Shown: positions 26,941-42,232 of the stretch, in pieces
How positions within the stretch are numbered: the stretch's first letter is position 1
How the letters are laid out: each line of letters begins with the position of its first letter
NCBI GenBank assembly: GCA_002104945.1
Contig: MCFH01000003.1
Coordinates: forward strand, 682,001 to 746,000
Source: Piromyces finnis finn
Taxonomy: Eukaryota; Fungi; Neocallimastigomycota
Direction: 5' to 3'
Length of the DNA: 64,000 bases
The notes under the pieces: generated by a model
Told to the model about the DNA's origin: nothing
What the model saw: the letters and a program-made list of their open reading frames with translations, nothing else
Database searches by the model: none
Position numbers and translations under genes: made by a program

Positions 26941-29900
26941 ATGTCTGACTTTGATGATGATGATTTTATGGTATTATTCATTTCAATGATAATATAATCT
27001 ATTATTTATTCGTTTCAATATTTCTTTTATCACCTTCTTTTGATAATTAGATTGGAAATAACTTTAAATATAAACCCTTTATTTTAATCATATTATAAAC
27101 ACATATTTTATGTTTTTTTCTCTTTTATTTTATTTTTGTTTTACAAACATTCATTAAATAGAAATCATTTAAAGAAATTTTAATTAATATTTATTAATGG
27201 ATAAGTCATTTTATGAAATTCGAATTTTACAATTTAAAAAAGCACTTAAAAGCATTATTATTAATTTTATTAAAAAAAAAGGAATAAAAATATTTTTATA
27301 CATTTATTATATCTTATAAGAATTCTATGTAAAATATATGAATTATTGTACAATAATTCCTATAAATATATAATATTCATGATATTTTAAATAGAATTTG
27401 GAATATGAAATATCATTAAAATATATACTTTATGCTTTCAAAATAGATATTCAATTAATCAACAATTCTTTAATTTGGTATTAAATTATTAGGTAGAAGA
27501 TGAAGAAGATTATGATTTTGATTTTGAATATGATGAAGACAATGAAGAAGAAGAACAAAATGTTGATTTAGAAAATAGATATTACAATGCAAAAGGTTCA
27601 TAACAAATATATATATATATATTGCATTAGTGATTTTTTTTTTTTTTTTTTAATTATTATTATTTATAAAATAAAGACAATAAATTCTAATGACTATTTT
27701 GTCTTTATTATTTTATATATAAATATATATTTTTTTAAAAATAGCATTAAAAGAAGATAGTCCAGAAGATGCTATTATGGAATTTAAAAATGTAATTGAT
27801 TCTGATACTGAACAAAGTGATTGGTAAATAGTCATTATACTAAAGTAAAAGAAAGAAAGAAAAACTTTTTTTTTTTAAATTACTAAAGTAATATTATTTT
27901 TTCCTTTTAATTATAATTCTTATAATTATATAATTATATAGGAGTTTTAAAGCATGTAAACAAATGGTTAAGGTTTCTTTGAAAATAAGAGATTATGAAG
28001 GAGTAAGTAAATATTTTAATGATTTTAATAATAATAATAATAATAATAATTATATATATATAATTAAAACACACTTTTTTCTTTTTATAATTTTTATTAT
28101 TAATAAATATTTGTAAATTATTATAAATTTAGGCTATAGAATATTATAAAAATTTATTAAGTCTATTAAATATTGTACCAAAGAGCTACAGTGAAAAGTC
28201 GATTAACAATATTTTAGATTATGCTTCAAATTCTGATAGTATAAGCTTTTTAGAGCAATTTTATGAAATTACATTAAATAAATTGAAAGAAACAAATAAT
28301 GATGTAAGTAAATATAAATATTAATAAATGTGCATTATAAGCATATTGAAGATATATTATAATGATAGTAATAATATATTAAATAATAACAATACCTTAT
28401 TTTTTATGATTTAATTTCATACCATTTCAAAAGAGATTATGGTTGAAAACAAATTTAAAATTAGCAAAATTATTACTTGATAATCGTGAATATGAAAAAT
28501 TAAATAAAGTTCTTGTTGAATTACATATGGCCTGTGAAAAAGAAAACAATGCAGAAGGTCAAGGCACCTTACTTGTTGAAGTATTTGCAATAGAAATTCA
28601 AATGTATACTGAAATGAAAAATACTAAAAAGTTAAAGGTAAATATCAATATTATAGTTTATTCAATTCTTAAAAAGGAATAAATATAAATATTTAAATAA
28701 TATATTTTTATAGCAAGTTATAATATAATTTTATTATTAATATTCATTTTTTTATATAAATTTAAATTACAACAACAACAACAACAAATTAGCCATTATA
28801 CGAACAATGCTTGAATGTTAAATCAGCAATACCACATCCAAGAATTATGGTAAATTCATCTTTATTACTTTTCTCTAAATTATATTTTCCTAATATGTTT
28901 ATCCATTCATATATAAATATTTATATTTTAGGGTATTATTCGTGAATGTGGTGGAAAAATGCATATGATTGAAGGTAATAAAAAAAAATAAAGTAAATGT
29001 AAACAATATTCTTATATGTATTTATTAATAATATACATATTTTTAAAAATTTAGGTAAATGGCAAGATGCTCAAACAGATTTCTTCGAAGCATTTAAGAA
29101 TTTTGATGAAGCCGGAAGTCCTCAAAGAATACAATGCTTAAAGTAAAAAAAGTTATAAACTTTCACATTTTATTTTTATTGAATTATATTAACTATAAAT
29201 ATAAATTTTAGATATTTAGTTTTAGCAAATATGTTATCAGAATCTCAAATTAATCCATTTGATTCTCAAGAAACCAAACCGTAAATAAAATTTAATTGTT
29301 TATTATAGTGGTAATTTTATTAAGTATATTTAATTAATTCTTATAATTTAATATTTATTATATATATATTAGATATAAAAATGATAGTCAAATTGTTGCT
29401 TTAACCAATTTAATTAATGCATATCAAAGAGTTGATATACAAGAATTTGAAAGCATTTTACAGAGTAATTATAATATAAATCAGTTAACGTATTAAATAA
29501 TCATTATTTAACATGAATAAATATTAATAAATAAATATTATTAAACAAATAAACCTATATATAAATAAAAAAAAAAAAAAAAACTTTAATGGATATAATA
29601 AATAGAAAACAAAAGTTCTATTATGGGTGATCCATTTATTCGTACATATATGGATGATGTTATTAAAAATATTCGTTCTCAAGTTTTAATTAAATTAATT
29701 AAACCATATACCAGAATAAAACTTTCCTTTGCTTCTAAAGTAATTAAAATTATGTTAATAAATATTATTAATATAAATATTAATAATAACATTTTTATTT
29801 TAAACTTTTTTTTTTTTATTATTTTTATTTTCACATATACAATAGAAATTAAATATATCACCTCAAGAAGTAGAAGAATTATTAGTTAATTTAATTTTGG

Positions 29901-30142
29901 ATAAGAAAATTAATGGTTATATTGATCAAATTAATCAAATTTTAGAACTTGAACATGAGTAAGTTATCATTTTTTTTTAAAAATGAATATTTTATTTTGA
30001 AACCTATTAATTTTTTTTTATAATAATATTTAATATATTTTTTTAAAACAGTAAACAAAGCGTCAATTATTATCCAGATATTGGCAAGTGGAGTAATAAT
30101 ATAGATAAATTAATAAAGTCATTTGACAGAAAGATGAACTAG
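26941..30142 (+). CDS. CSN2: COP9 signalosome subunit 2 (PCI domain), ~14 exons
   Basis: Spliced [23 protein letters not shown]...[88 protein letters not shown], ending ...KSFDRKMN*. Confidence 0.93.
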
Positions 30143-30823
30143 AAGCTATTTTATAGTGAAGAACTATTATAACCCAAAAGCAATAATACAAAACAAATAT
30201 CCTATTGTATAAAATATTAGTTATTTTAATATATATATCTTTTTTTTTCATATATAATATATTTCTAAGCATCAATTGTATTCATTTACCGATCAAAAAA
30301 AAAAAAAAAAAAAAAACAACAACAACAACTTACAATAAAAAAACAATTAAATAACAAAAAAAGAAAAAAAAATATAAATATCTAAATATCTAGATTATAT
30401 ATATTTTTTAGCCAATTTTTTTTTTTTTTTTTATTTTGATAGTTCTTTTTCAAATAAATAAGATATAATCACAATTAATATATATATATTTAAAAAAGAT
30501 GTTTATTTATTAATTATAATACATAAATATTTATTAAAATATGTATAATTATACATATATAATTTGATATTGTACTTTTATATTATGTAATATTATATCT
30601 ATTTTTATAAATATATACAATTAGTGTTGTATTATTATTATATAAAAAGTAATTTTTATGAATCATTGAATAAATCAATATTACAAGAAAGGGTTTATAT
30701 TAGTGTATTGATATAAAATAATTTTATTTTTAATGGAATAAGAATTTCTGTAAAGTAAGAAACAGGTTATTACTTTATGAATAAAAAGTACATGAAATTG
30801 GCGTAAAATGACTGATAATATAA

Positions 30824-31360
30824 TTATTCACGATCTAAGTTATATTTTTTTGTGATTTTTCGTATATTTTCTACTTGTTCTTTACTTGAATTTTCCCATA
30901 AATCAATAGTGTATTGAATGTTATGTATAATTTCATCTTGAGAGCTAATTATTTTTGTTTGTTCTTCAATTCTTGAAGCTTGTACCCTTATTCTATTCTC
31001 AGAAACTTGATTTTTTTGAGTCAATACTTTATTAGCTTCTAATAATTCATTTAATTGTTCATTTAATTGTTCATTTTCTTTTAAAAGATTTTCATTTTCT
31101 AAATTAGCATCGTTCATACGTACCTCTAAATATTTATAACTATTTTCTAATGTATAATATTTCTTTTTTTCTTCAGCCATTTTTTTTTTAAGTTCCTTGA
31201 CTGTTTTTGTTAACTGAGTATTATTATTTTGAAGTTGTTCTATAAATGAATTATCATCACATAAATTTAAAATATTCTTTGCTAAAGTAGCAATATCATT
31301 TGACCAATCTTTTATTTGTAAATGTTTTCTTTCCACATCATTAACATATAATTTTTCCAT
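30824..31360 (-). CDS. Hypothetical coiled-coil protein (178 aa, intronless)
   Basis: ATG-initiated 537-nt ORF in otherwise stop-rich sequence; E/K/N/Q/L-rich heptad pattern; no family recognised. Confidence 0.6.
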   Translation of the reverse strand: MEKLYVNDVERKHLQIKDWSNDIATLAKNILNLCDDNSFIEQLQNNNTQLTKTVKELKKKMAEEKKKYYTLENSYKYLEVRMNDANLENENLLKENEQLNEQLNELLEANKVLTQKNQVSENRIRVQASRIEEQTKIISSQDEIIHNIQYTIDLWENSSKEQVENIRKITKKYNLDRE

Positions 31361-32332
31361 ATTTCTATATTCTTAATTAAATAGCCAAAAAAAAATAATA
31401 ATAGTAAAAATAAAAAAAATTAATGTTAACAACTAATGTTTGGGCTTTTTTTTTTTAAAAAAATAATTTTGATTTCTATCTCTCTAATAGTTATTTAAAA
31501 ATATTAACAATTTTTAAAATATTTCAATATAATTTTATAACATTCAAAAATAAAAATAAAGAAAAGTATCATATTTTATTCCTTATTCCTTTTTTTTATT
31601 ATAGTTATCATCATTATCAGTTGTTCATCCTTTGAATATTAATTCGTTTAGTCTCCCATTATTAATTAAAAAGTATAAAATATATAATTATAATAAAATA
31701 TAATATAGATTTATTATAAAAATAAAATAGCTTAAATTTTATTTATATATAAACTGAATTACAATTTTAAAAGTCAAATGGTTAATGGGAATAATAATAT
31801 GATATATTTTTTTTTTATATACTATTTTATGTATTCTTTGTCTCCTTATGTAATTTAATATATTTATAAAAAGCATATTAACGTTGAAAAACCATTAATT
31901 TTTTTTGAATTTTTAAATTTGATATCTTTTTTAATTAAGGGAAAAAAAATAAAATAAAATAAAAATATAAAAAGTATATACTTTATTAATAATTAAAATA
32001 TATATTAGTTATAATATATTTATAATGGCTTCAAATAACTAAAGATTTATTGTAACATGTTTTAAATATTAACTTTATAAAGTGAGTTTGAATATTTTAA
32101 TATTCTAAAACTAGGTTAATTTATGTACTTAAACATAATAAGATTATATAAATTTTTTGTTTTATACAATTTTATAATTGATCATAATTTGATATAATAA
32201 TTCAACTTTTTTTTTTTTTTAATAATTAAAAAACTGTTAATAAGAAAAAACAATAATAACAACAACAAGATATTATGCTTTATTTATTGTTAGTGCGTCT
32301 TTTTTAATAATAATTTAAATTTTTTTTTTCAT

Positions 32333-32366
<34 letters not shown>

Positions 32367-32755
32367 AAGTAAAACCCTTACCATTAACTTTAAAATTTTA
32401 ATTTAAGAAAATAAAATAGTTTTCTTTTTTTTGAGAGCAATGGTATTGAAACCAATTTATATTGAAAAAAAAGTATGAAATAAAGTATAATAGAAATAGT
32501 AATGTTTGTTTTATGCTACAATTATAATAATTAATAAAATGATTTTAAAAATAACTAAAATAGCTTAATAGCATTAAAAAAGAGAATAATTACAAATATA
32601 GAAATATTAAATCAATAAAAAAATTAATAAAATACCGCCGAAAGAGAAATTAAAAGTTATAAGGGAATTCTAATATTAATTATAGTTTTTTAAAATTAAA
32701 ATAGCATAAAGTCAATACATTAAGAAGGATAATAAGGGCGGTTTTAAGTGACAAA

Positions 32756-32756
<1 letters not shown>

Positions 32757-32788
<32 letters not shown>

Positions 32789-33200
32789 AAATAATAAATA
32801 AATAAATAAATAAATAAATAATAAATAATAAATAAATGAATGAATGAATAAATAATAAATATATAAATAATAAATAATAAATAAATAAATAATAAATAAT
32901 AAATAATAAATGAATAAATAATAAATAAATAAATAAATAAATAATAAATAAATAAATAAATAATAAATAAATAAATAAATAAATAATAAATAAATAAATA
33001 ATAAATAAATAAATAATAAATAAATAAATAATAAATAAATAAATAATAAATGAATAAATAATAAATAATAAATAATAAATGAATAAATGATAAATGAATA
33101 AATAATAAATAATAAATAAATAAATAAATAATAAATAAATAAATAAATAATAAATAAATGAATAATAAATAAATAAATAATAAATAAATGAATAAATAAA
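32757..33200. repeat. ~440-bp (AAAT/AAT)n compound satellite with occasional GAAT variants
   Basis: Directly visible tandem AAAT and AAT units, no C on the + strand, partial 15-bp higher-order unit AATAAATAAATAAAT. Confidence 0.9.
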
Positions 33201-34057
33201 AAATTTTAATAGTAAAGATTTATTAAAAGTTTAATAATGAATAAATTATTTTGGGATATAATAATAAATAAATAAAAAAAAATAAAAAAATAAAAATAAT
33301 AATTGAATATACTATAAGGTTACATTAATTTAATAATATTCATACATTTTAAAAAGAACTCATATTATTAACAAAAATAGAAATCAATTATAATAACAAT
33401 TTTATATGCATTTTAATAAAATTCATTTTTTATACATAATGGATATAAGAATAATGGTGTAATTTTAATTATTATTTTTTAGGAAGAAAAAAAAAAAAAA
33501 TTCAAAATCATTATGAAAAATATTTGTATAGAAACAACATTTATATATAATAAACATGTTTATCACTGTTTAATCGACAATAATTGTATAATACAAAGTA
33601 TTCAAAACTTTAAATTAATACCATAAGAAAAAAAAAAAAACCATCAATTATAAAGAAAAAATAAAATTTTTATTTTATTCACAAGCATCATCTAAATTAA
33701 TCATATATAATATTAAAAATTTATACAGTATTAATAAATTAATTTAATTTTCATAACAAAACATTATCATTTAATATCTTTTTATCTTGTTTTTCTGTTC
33801 CTTTTTTTAGATATTTTATATATTGTTTTTAATTAACAAATCGACACTTTATTATTTCACAATTTTTTGTATACAAGTAGTTTTTTTTTTTTTTTTTTTT
33901 TTTAAATTTTATTAATTTTCATAAATATAATAAATATAAAATTGTGTTATTATTTATAATAAAACAAAGAAAAATATAATTATTTCTGTTAATCTTATTC
34001 AAAATATATTTATCTCTCTCTTGTTGGTCAAAAAAATAAATAATAAATTTGTAAAAA

Positions 34058-37000
34058 ATGAGGAACAATTCAATGCATTCAAACATTAATCCTAATTATC
34101 ATAGACATAATTTAGTCAATGGAATTGGAAATAATGGGAATAATATAATGGGAAATGGATATAATGTAAACGGAATGGGATATTCAAATTTTAAAGGAGG
34201 AAATCCATCACATTCTCGTTCAGCATCTGCAAATTCAGTATCAATGCCATATTCTTCTAGTTATTCAAAATCATCAAATTCAATTAATCATGCATCTCGT
34301 CCTGTAAAACGCTATCGTATAAAACAACCAGAAGATAAATTGATTCATATAAATAGACCATTAGGTATATAATTTTAATATTAATACATTATTTTTAGTA
34401 TTACATTTCTATTAAATGTATATATTTATGAATAAAATGTAATATTTATTTTTATTTTTATTTTAAATTTATAGGCTATTTTGGTTATTCACTTCAGCAA
34501 AAAGATCAACCGGAAGATGTATTCAATGAAAAAACAATAAATACTGGTTATTATTGTGCACCAGTAATTGATATAAAGGTAATGATAAAAAAAAAAAAGT
34601 TATTTGTTATAATATTATTTTCCATTCAAATATATTAAATTATATATTATAAATAAAAATGTTACATATTTTTAATTGTAATCCTTTTTACAATTAATTT
34701 AAAAATTTCTTGAAATCCAATAAATTATCAATTTATTAAATATTTTTACAGAGTGAAACTTTATCATCAGCACGACATGATATGTCTGATAAGCTTAAAA
34801 ATAACAAATATCTATCGTTATTAGGCTCATTCGCGGAAGAAATTATTGTAGAAAAGCAAAAGTATGTTGAAATTTATATAATTATTATTAGATTCTACTA
34901 TAAATTTTATTTATTAACACAATTAAAAAAATAATATTATATTTATCAAAATAAATATATTTCAATCTTTCTAAAAAATAGACAATCACATAATAAGTCG
35001 AGCGTTTGTATAATTAAAAGTGATATCAATGAAGTAAATGAAATAAAGAATATACAACATACAAGCATAAAGCAAACTATCAGTTTAATTATTTCTAAAG
35101 ATATTTCTTTATTTGATTCAGTAAAATTAATAGCAGATTTAAAAAATGTAAATATAAAAGCTATATTAATATCTGTTTATAATATAACAAAATGGTCATT
35201 CATATGTATTAATAAGCAATTCTTGATTTTCTTTTAAATTCATATAATATGGGATATTATATTTATCTTTTTCCTTTTATTATTATTATTACTATTTTTT
35301 TTTTTTTTTAAAAAAAGGCTTGTAAAAATAAACCATTTACAGAATGGTCACAGGTTGTAGTGGAAGAATTAATAAAATTTCCAAATTTCCAACTTTTACA
35401 ACAGCAAAATCAAAATAATAATACAAATAATAGTGATTCTAATCAGAAAACGATAAATGAACAACAAATGATTAAAAAATGGAACTATTGTATTACACTT
35501 ATGCGTTATCTCTACATAGAAGGACTAATCGAACCAAAAACATTGTTAAAATTTTTATTAGATACTTTTGATTCATCCAATTTTCAAAAAGTAAGATTTA
35601 TCGAAACTTATAATATTCATCAAATTATTAAACCAAATTTTAACTTGAACTTGTATTCTCTCTCTTTTTTTTTTTTACGAATAAAAAAGTGTGTTTTATT
35701 TTTGCCTATACTTAATGAATATATGAATGATTTTAGTCGTTCTCGTGCATTAATGACCACTCTGTTAGATACTTGTTTGAAAAAACTCAATAATGTAATT
35801 TAAGAAATAATATTAATAAGATAACCATAGCAAAAAATATATTAAAAATAACTTTTTTTTTTATGATCCGATATACCTATATAATATAATTCATATGTAT
35901 ACAAATGTTTTAAACAAAAGATAAAAGAAGAATATTTAAGCAAAAAAATATTCGAATACCATTATATTAATTTAATAAGTTTGGTTAAGGTAATTATTTA
36001 ATTTCTATAATTATCAACAAATTGGTAAAATTCTATGTAATGTATTAATAAAAAATAATAATTAGCAAATATTAATAGCAACACCGGATATTATGGTAAA
36101 GCCTAGTACATGGCAATCGCTAGAAAAAGTCATTAATAGTAAATATATTAATTATTATCCAAATAATATGGTAGGTTAAACTATTAATTATAGTAATGCT
36201 AATAGTTAATTATATTAAATTGTATTATTTTTAATTAATTATTATAACTATAGAATCCAGAAATAAGGGCTGCCTATGAGAGTCTATTTCACATTTATCA
36301 GCAAATGATTATAAAAAGAAATTCATTATTAATTAATTATTCTTTCGATACCACTTTGCAAGATAAGGATGAAACAGATTGTGACGAAGAAGTAATATTT
36401 TTTTTTAATATTTTTTATACCAATAGTGTATAATATTAAATTTATATTTGATAATAATAATAACTAATTTATTAATATTTTCAAAATCACAGAATCAATT
36501 ATTATATTTTGATAATTGTGCAGGATTTCCAGAACTTTGTAAATTAATAAACTTAAAAATATTATCATTTGTTAATGATAAAAATAACGAAGAAAAAATC
36601 ATTTATGATGAAAATATATCATTTGAAAAAAGAATATATATTTTATGTCGTTGGGCAATAAAATTTCATACCAATGGAAAATATATTGTGACAGTATTAA
36701 TAAAAAAAATGATAGAGGTAGACATTTTTTTATAAATATATAATAAGTAGTTGTATTATTCAGTATCTTATTTATATCATACTTCTTTTAACAAATAAAA
36801 TTATTATTAAAAATAGGACTCTGATGATTCAGAGAGAGAAATTGAAAGACTTCAAGAAGTTTTTATAAAATTCTTGGATGAATTTGATATTGATAATAAA
36901 TTTGGTATAGTTTTTTTTTTTTTTTTTTTTTATCCTATTAATCTATACTAGTATTATTATTAATAATATTATTTTTTCTGAATACTCACTTTTTTTTTTT

Positions 37001-40000
37001 TTTTATTACAATTTAATAGAATATAAAGTTTTGATAGAATTGTTTGGAGAATTCATTAGAAATGAATTATTTTATAATGATCAATATATAAGGAAGTTGA
37101 TAGCGAAGGGATACTTTGAAAGTTATAAAAGGAAAGAAAAGGTAATATATAGATTCTTTTTCTTCTTTTTTTTTGTTAAAAAGTATTTTTATTTTTATCA
37201 ATAGAATTTTATTAATTTGATAATAATACTTTATATATATATTTTTAGGGTACCAAACGTTATTTAAGATATTTACACGATTTACCTATATTTGATGCCA
37301 ATAAAGAACAATTAAATCAAAGAAGAAATCTTCTTTATGGTGTATTGCCAAATTCAAGAGAAATGAAGGAAATTAAAATATTTGATAAAATAAAAGAATT
37401 AATTAAACAGAAACTACCCCATGTATTTAATTTTGACGTTTCTGATGAAAAGAATATAAGATCATATTATGATAAGGCAGAGGATTATGATGTATTGGCT
37501 ACATTTGATAATGATGAAAAAACCTTTGTTATATTGAAAAATATTTCTTGTTTTTATAAATATAAACTTTCTGAATGGATAAAAGATACTGTATATAATT
37601 ATTTAGTTCCAGATATACCGTAAGTTATTCATATTTGTTTAGTTTTTATATATATACATATATTTTAAAGCATAATAAATTACATGTTATCACTAGATAA
37701 ATAAATATATAACCCAATTTTTTTTTTTATACTTTTTATTTTTAAATTTTTATTAATAGGATCGGAAATGATAATTGGTGGTATATAAATCCAGGCGATT
37801 CATTACTAAATGTTCGTCAATTTTCAACTATTGTTCAAATTCTTGAAACTCTTGGTGATAAAAATAGTATAATTGAGGTAATTTATATATATATATATAT
37901 ATTTTTTATTTTCAAAATTATTATATAATTTATTATAATTAGTAAATAATAAAAATAGGGATAATACAAAAACTAATATTTTTTTAATTAATATAATGTT
38001 TTAATAGTTATGTTTATGGTTAATTCCAAAAATTAAAAAACGTACCATGTATCATTATATTATTTCATGTATAAATAAGAATATGCTATTAATAACACTA
38101 AATCATCGGAAAAAGGAACTTTTTGATATAATTTGGAATAAAGTATATCACTTTTTATATATTTTTAAATTTATAAATATTTTTTATTGAACTAATGCTA
38201 ATGGTTTTTTTTTATTTTTTATTTTTATTTTTTCTTTCTTTATCTCATGAATTATTTGATTTTCAGCATAATAAACTTAAAAGTGAAAATAACATTGATC
38301 GTATATTACCTTTATTTTTACAATCTTTTCACAATTCCCCAGGATTGGCAATTGAAAAAGAAATATTAGAACAAGTAATATATATATATATATATAATAT
38401 ATATTGGATTAATAGAATTAATAATTTTAATCTATTTTTTTTTTTTTTTTTTATTTGCTATAACATTATTGTTTGATAAAAGATTGAAAATGATTTAAAA
38501 ATTAAGCAAGAAGAAAGTAATTCATATGATAACGTCATAACAACATTTGAAACCACTATTAACTCAATAAAAGATTATAATACAATTTCTTCATCTGACC
38601 TTCATTTATTACAATATAAATATCAACATAATGTAAGGGAGTTGAAAAAATATTTCAAATATATTTTAGAGGAAAAATTTGATAAGGAATTTTCAAAATT
38701 AGAGTATGGATTAATATATTTTATTTTATTTAATTATAATAAATATAGAATGATAGCAAGAAAAAATATTAATATTTTATTATTAATTATTATATACTAA
38801 AATCAAAAGTAAAAACCAAATAGTTTATAATTTTGATATATTCAATGAAATTTTACGACAATTTAATAATGGATTTGATGACTTTAATGATGTAATTTTT
38901 GAATATCTATCAGAAAATTATTTAAATACATCATTAGTCAATGTTTCCAATACCCAACAAATAAATTATCAAATGAATTCGTCAATGAAAAAAATTAATT
39001 TCAAATTACAAAATTATTTCTTTGTTCTATTATTTACATCCGGTGGTTGTTCAATTTCTAGATTACTTGATGAATATATTAAACCTGTAATGATATTATT
39101 TAAAGATCATTTAATTAATGGAAGATCTGTAAATGAAAACTCTTTTATACTATTTGATAATGCGATCACTTTAATGTATATATTATTTACCGTAAATGAT
39201 TCAAAACCAGTAATTGATGATTTATATTTAACTACAAAAATCATTCATTATCTACGTTCAAGAAGAGTTAACCCTTTAAGTAAGGGAGAAACTTATGATT
39301 CCTGTCTTGATCTTTATCAATTAACGATTATTATTTTTTCTGAATTAATTCGTCTAAATCAATCTTCTCTTGCAAAACAATTTATACCAAAAATTAAAAC
39401 ACTCTTAAATGATTGGATAAAAGCAGAATGGTTTTTTACTGCTAATCTTATAAATATAAACTATTTTTACAAAAGAGTATTTTCTTTAAATGGTGTAACT
39501 CATGACGTCACCGTTAAAGGCGTTAATTACCTATTAACTATTTATACACTCAATATGATGAACCAAGGTGTTAATTTTACCAAAGGAAAAATGATAGAGT
39601 CACCAATTCTTGATATCGATACCATTGAAACAATAAAAGAGTTTAATTTAGACTCTTTTGGATGGGAGGAATGGGAAAAATTCTTTAAAAATATATATAC
39701 ACTCTATAAAGATTGGTCCCCAAATACCTGTAAAATAGCATTAATCATTATTATCAACAACCTTTGGGCTATTAATGACAAAAATAAGGTAAAAGGAGAA
39801 AATAAAGAGATCTATGCTCTGACCAAGGGATTTATTTTTGCTTCCTTGAGTACATTAAAAGAAGAACATAATAAATATACTCAATCCATCATAGAAGATG
39901 AAAGAATTTCACAGAAAACTTTATTAAGTTATATGTCTTTATATCATCCTAAATTTAATGTTGAGGTAAAAAAAAAAAAAAAAAAAACATAAATTATTAT

Positions 40001-41450
40001 TAATTAGATATAAATAAGTAAAATCAAAACCAGTTATCCATCATCCAAAAATAATAATAATATTTATATATATTCTTTTATTCTCTGATATTATAGATTG
40101 CTCGATTAATAATGAATTCCTTCTATATGAATTATGAAAATCCTCTTGATGTTTGTCTAAATAAGAAAGAATTAAATTTAGATTCTATTATTCCATTTTC
40201 AGAATTATTATCTTCAGTGGTTCAAAATATAAATATCGTAAAGAAAAATTTTGATCCATCCAATAATAATAATTCTAACCATATGTTAGGAATAAATGAA
40301 GAAGTAAAATTTAATATTATTAGGAAACTTTTAAAGCATTTCCAATGGTATAATGAAAATAAAAAAATTTTTGATATAATGGAAGATTATCAACTTTTGT
40401 ATGATGAAGCTCAATATATTGTTGAAAATAATATGATGGATGAAATTTCAATATTTAATGTAAGTAGAAATAAATAGTAATAATAAAAAAAAGTATATTT
40501 AATTTCTTTTTTTTTTTTTTTTACTATATTTTCATATAATAACTTTAAATTTCCCAATAATTATTTTTTTTTTATGATAAATAGAAAAGAAAAGTATTGC
40601 AACCATTAGCCTTAGAACCTATGGAAGATGTAAAAAAAATTTTTTTTTTTTAAATAAATTTTTTTTAATAATAATTTATAAATTCTATGGAATTATTAAA
40701 TTTCATTTTTACTTATTTATTTATTAATTTAGAGTCGTAAACTTTTGTCTATTGATATTTTCAGATCAAAGTAATTATATTATTAAATAATAATAATAAT
40801 AATTATAATCGATTTTTATATAAATTTATATTAATGAATCTTTTATATATATATATATTATTATAAAATATTATTCATGTAAATTTTTTTTTTCTTTTTT
40901 AAAAAAAAGTATCTATTTTATGCTGAAAATATTACAATCTTTAATTATGTCAATTTGTAAAAATCCAAAAGAAGGAGATCTTTTATCTTGGATTAATGTT
41001 TTAATTCATTTATTATCTGTAAATATTATTAAATAATATAATTGAATATAGATAATATTATCCATTATAATGATTAATAATATTATAAAATTTATTATTA
41101 AATCTTTTTTTTTTTTTTTTTTATTTAATAATATAAATGACAGAGTCATATTATTCATGGAAATGGTGTTCAAATTCAACTCTTTGAATATACCTTGGAT
41201 ATTGTTACATTTTTACTTGATGGTATAGTATCATTTTATTATTATTATTATTACTATTATTATTATTATTATTATTTTATTATATTATTGTATTAACATT
41301 ATTTCTTTTTTTTTTTTTTTATAAAAGAAACACCCGATGAATTAAAGAGAGATCAATTTTTATTAACTCAAGTAAGTATATAAAATAAAACCATAGTGTA
41401 AATAATTATAATGTGTAATATTTAATTATTAGAAATATTAACATAATAAC

Positions 41451-41496
<46 letters not shown>

Positions 41497-41983
41497 GGAA
41501 ATTCAAAAGGAAATCGATATACCACCTATTTTGGCCTCTCGTATAAATCAAATTCTACCCATTAGAATTCAAAATATATATGAATTTAATCTTTCAATCT
41601 CCGGAAATAATAATTCTAAATTGATATCAAAGAATATTATTAGTCCATGGAATTGGTTTAGAATTACTAGATCCAATCCATCAGAAACTAATGATAATGG
41701 TAATAAAGAGGATAAAAATAATAATATCGTTTTAGAAACTGTACCACTATCTTCAATAAATTTACAAAAAGATAAGATTTATCCACTTTCATTCTTTGAT
41801 ATGAATAAGTATAAGAAACAAAAACAAGAAAAGGATACAATTACCACCTATGAATCCCATTTTGATGATATAAAAATTAGTGATGATATTGAATTCATTC
41901 ATAGTTTAAATGGTATTACTAATATAGATCAAATAACCCCACCTCCATTTTCACAAATTAAAAATGATTTTGTAGGTTATCAT

Positions 41984-42029
<46 letters not shown>

Positions 42030-42232
42030 TGGGACCTACCCCTACCATTGGGTATAATTCATTTATCGATGATAAAATAATCAAACCATTAAATATGCAA
42101 TATAATAATATGGCCGCGAATATGACATCCCTTCCAAATACCAAAATAAATCCAAATATTAATATTAATCCTTACATGAATCCAATGATTAATAATAATC
42201 CAAATCCTTTGAAAAGGAAATCTTTTCAATAA
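34058..42232 (+). CDS. MED12: Mediator kinase-module subunit MED12/Srb8, many exons
   Basis: N-terminal GYFGY...DQPEDVFNEKTINTGY; Med12-domain segment KNKPFTEWSQVVVEELIK...KKWNYCITLMRYLYIEGLIEP; LGEFIRNELFYNDQYIRKLIAKG; C-terminal IISPWNWF followed by an Asn-rich tail. Exact exon boundaries not all verified. Confidence 0.8.
41451..41495. repeat. (AAT)15 microsatellite abutting a MED12 3' splice site
   Basis: 15 perfect AAT units immediately followed by AG (41496-41497) and resumption of coding sequence. Confidence 0.85.
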
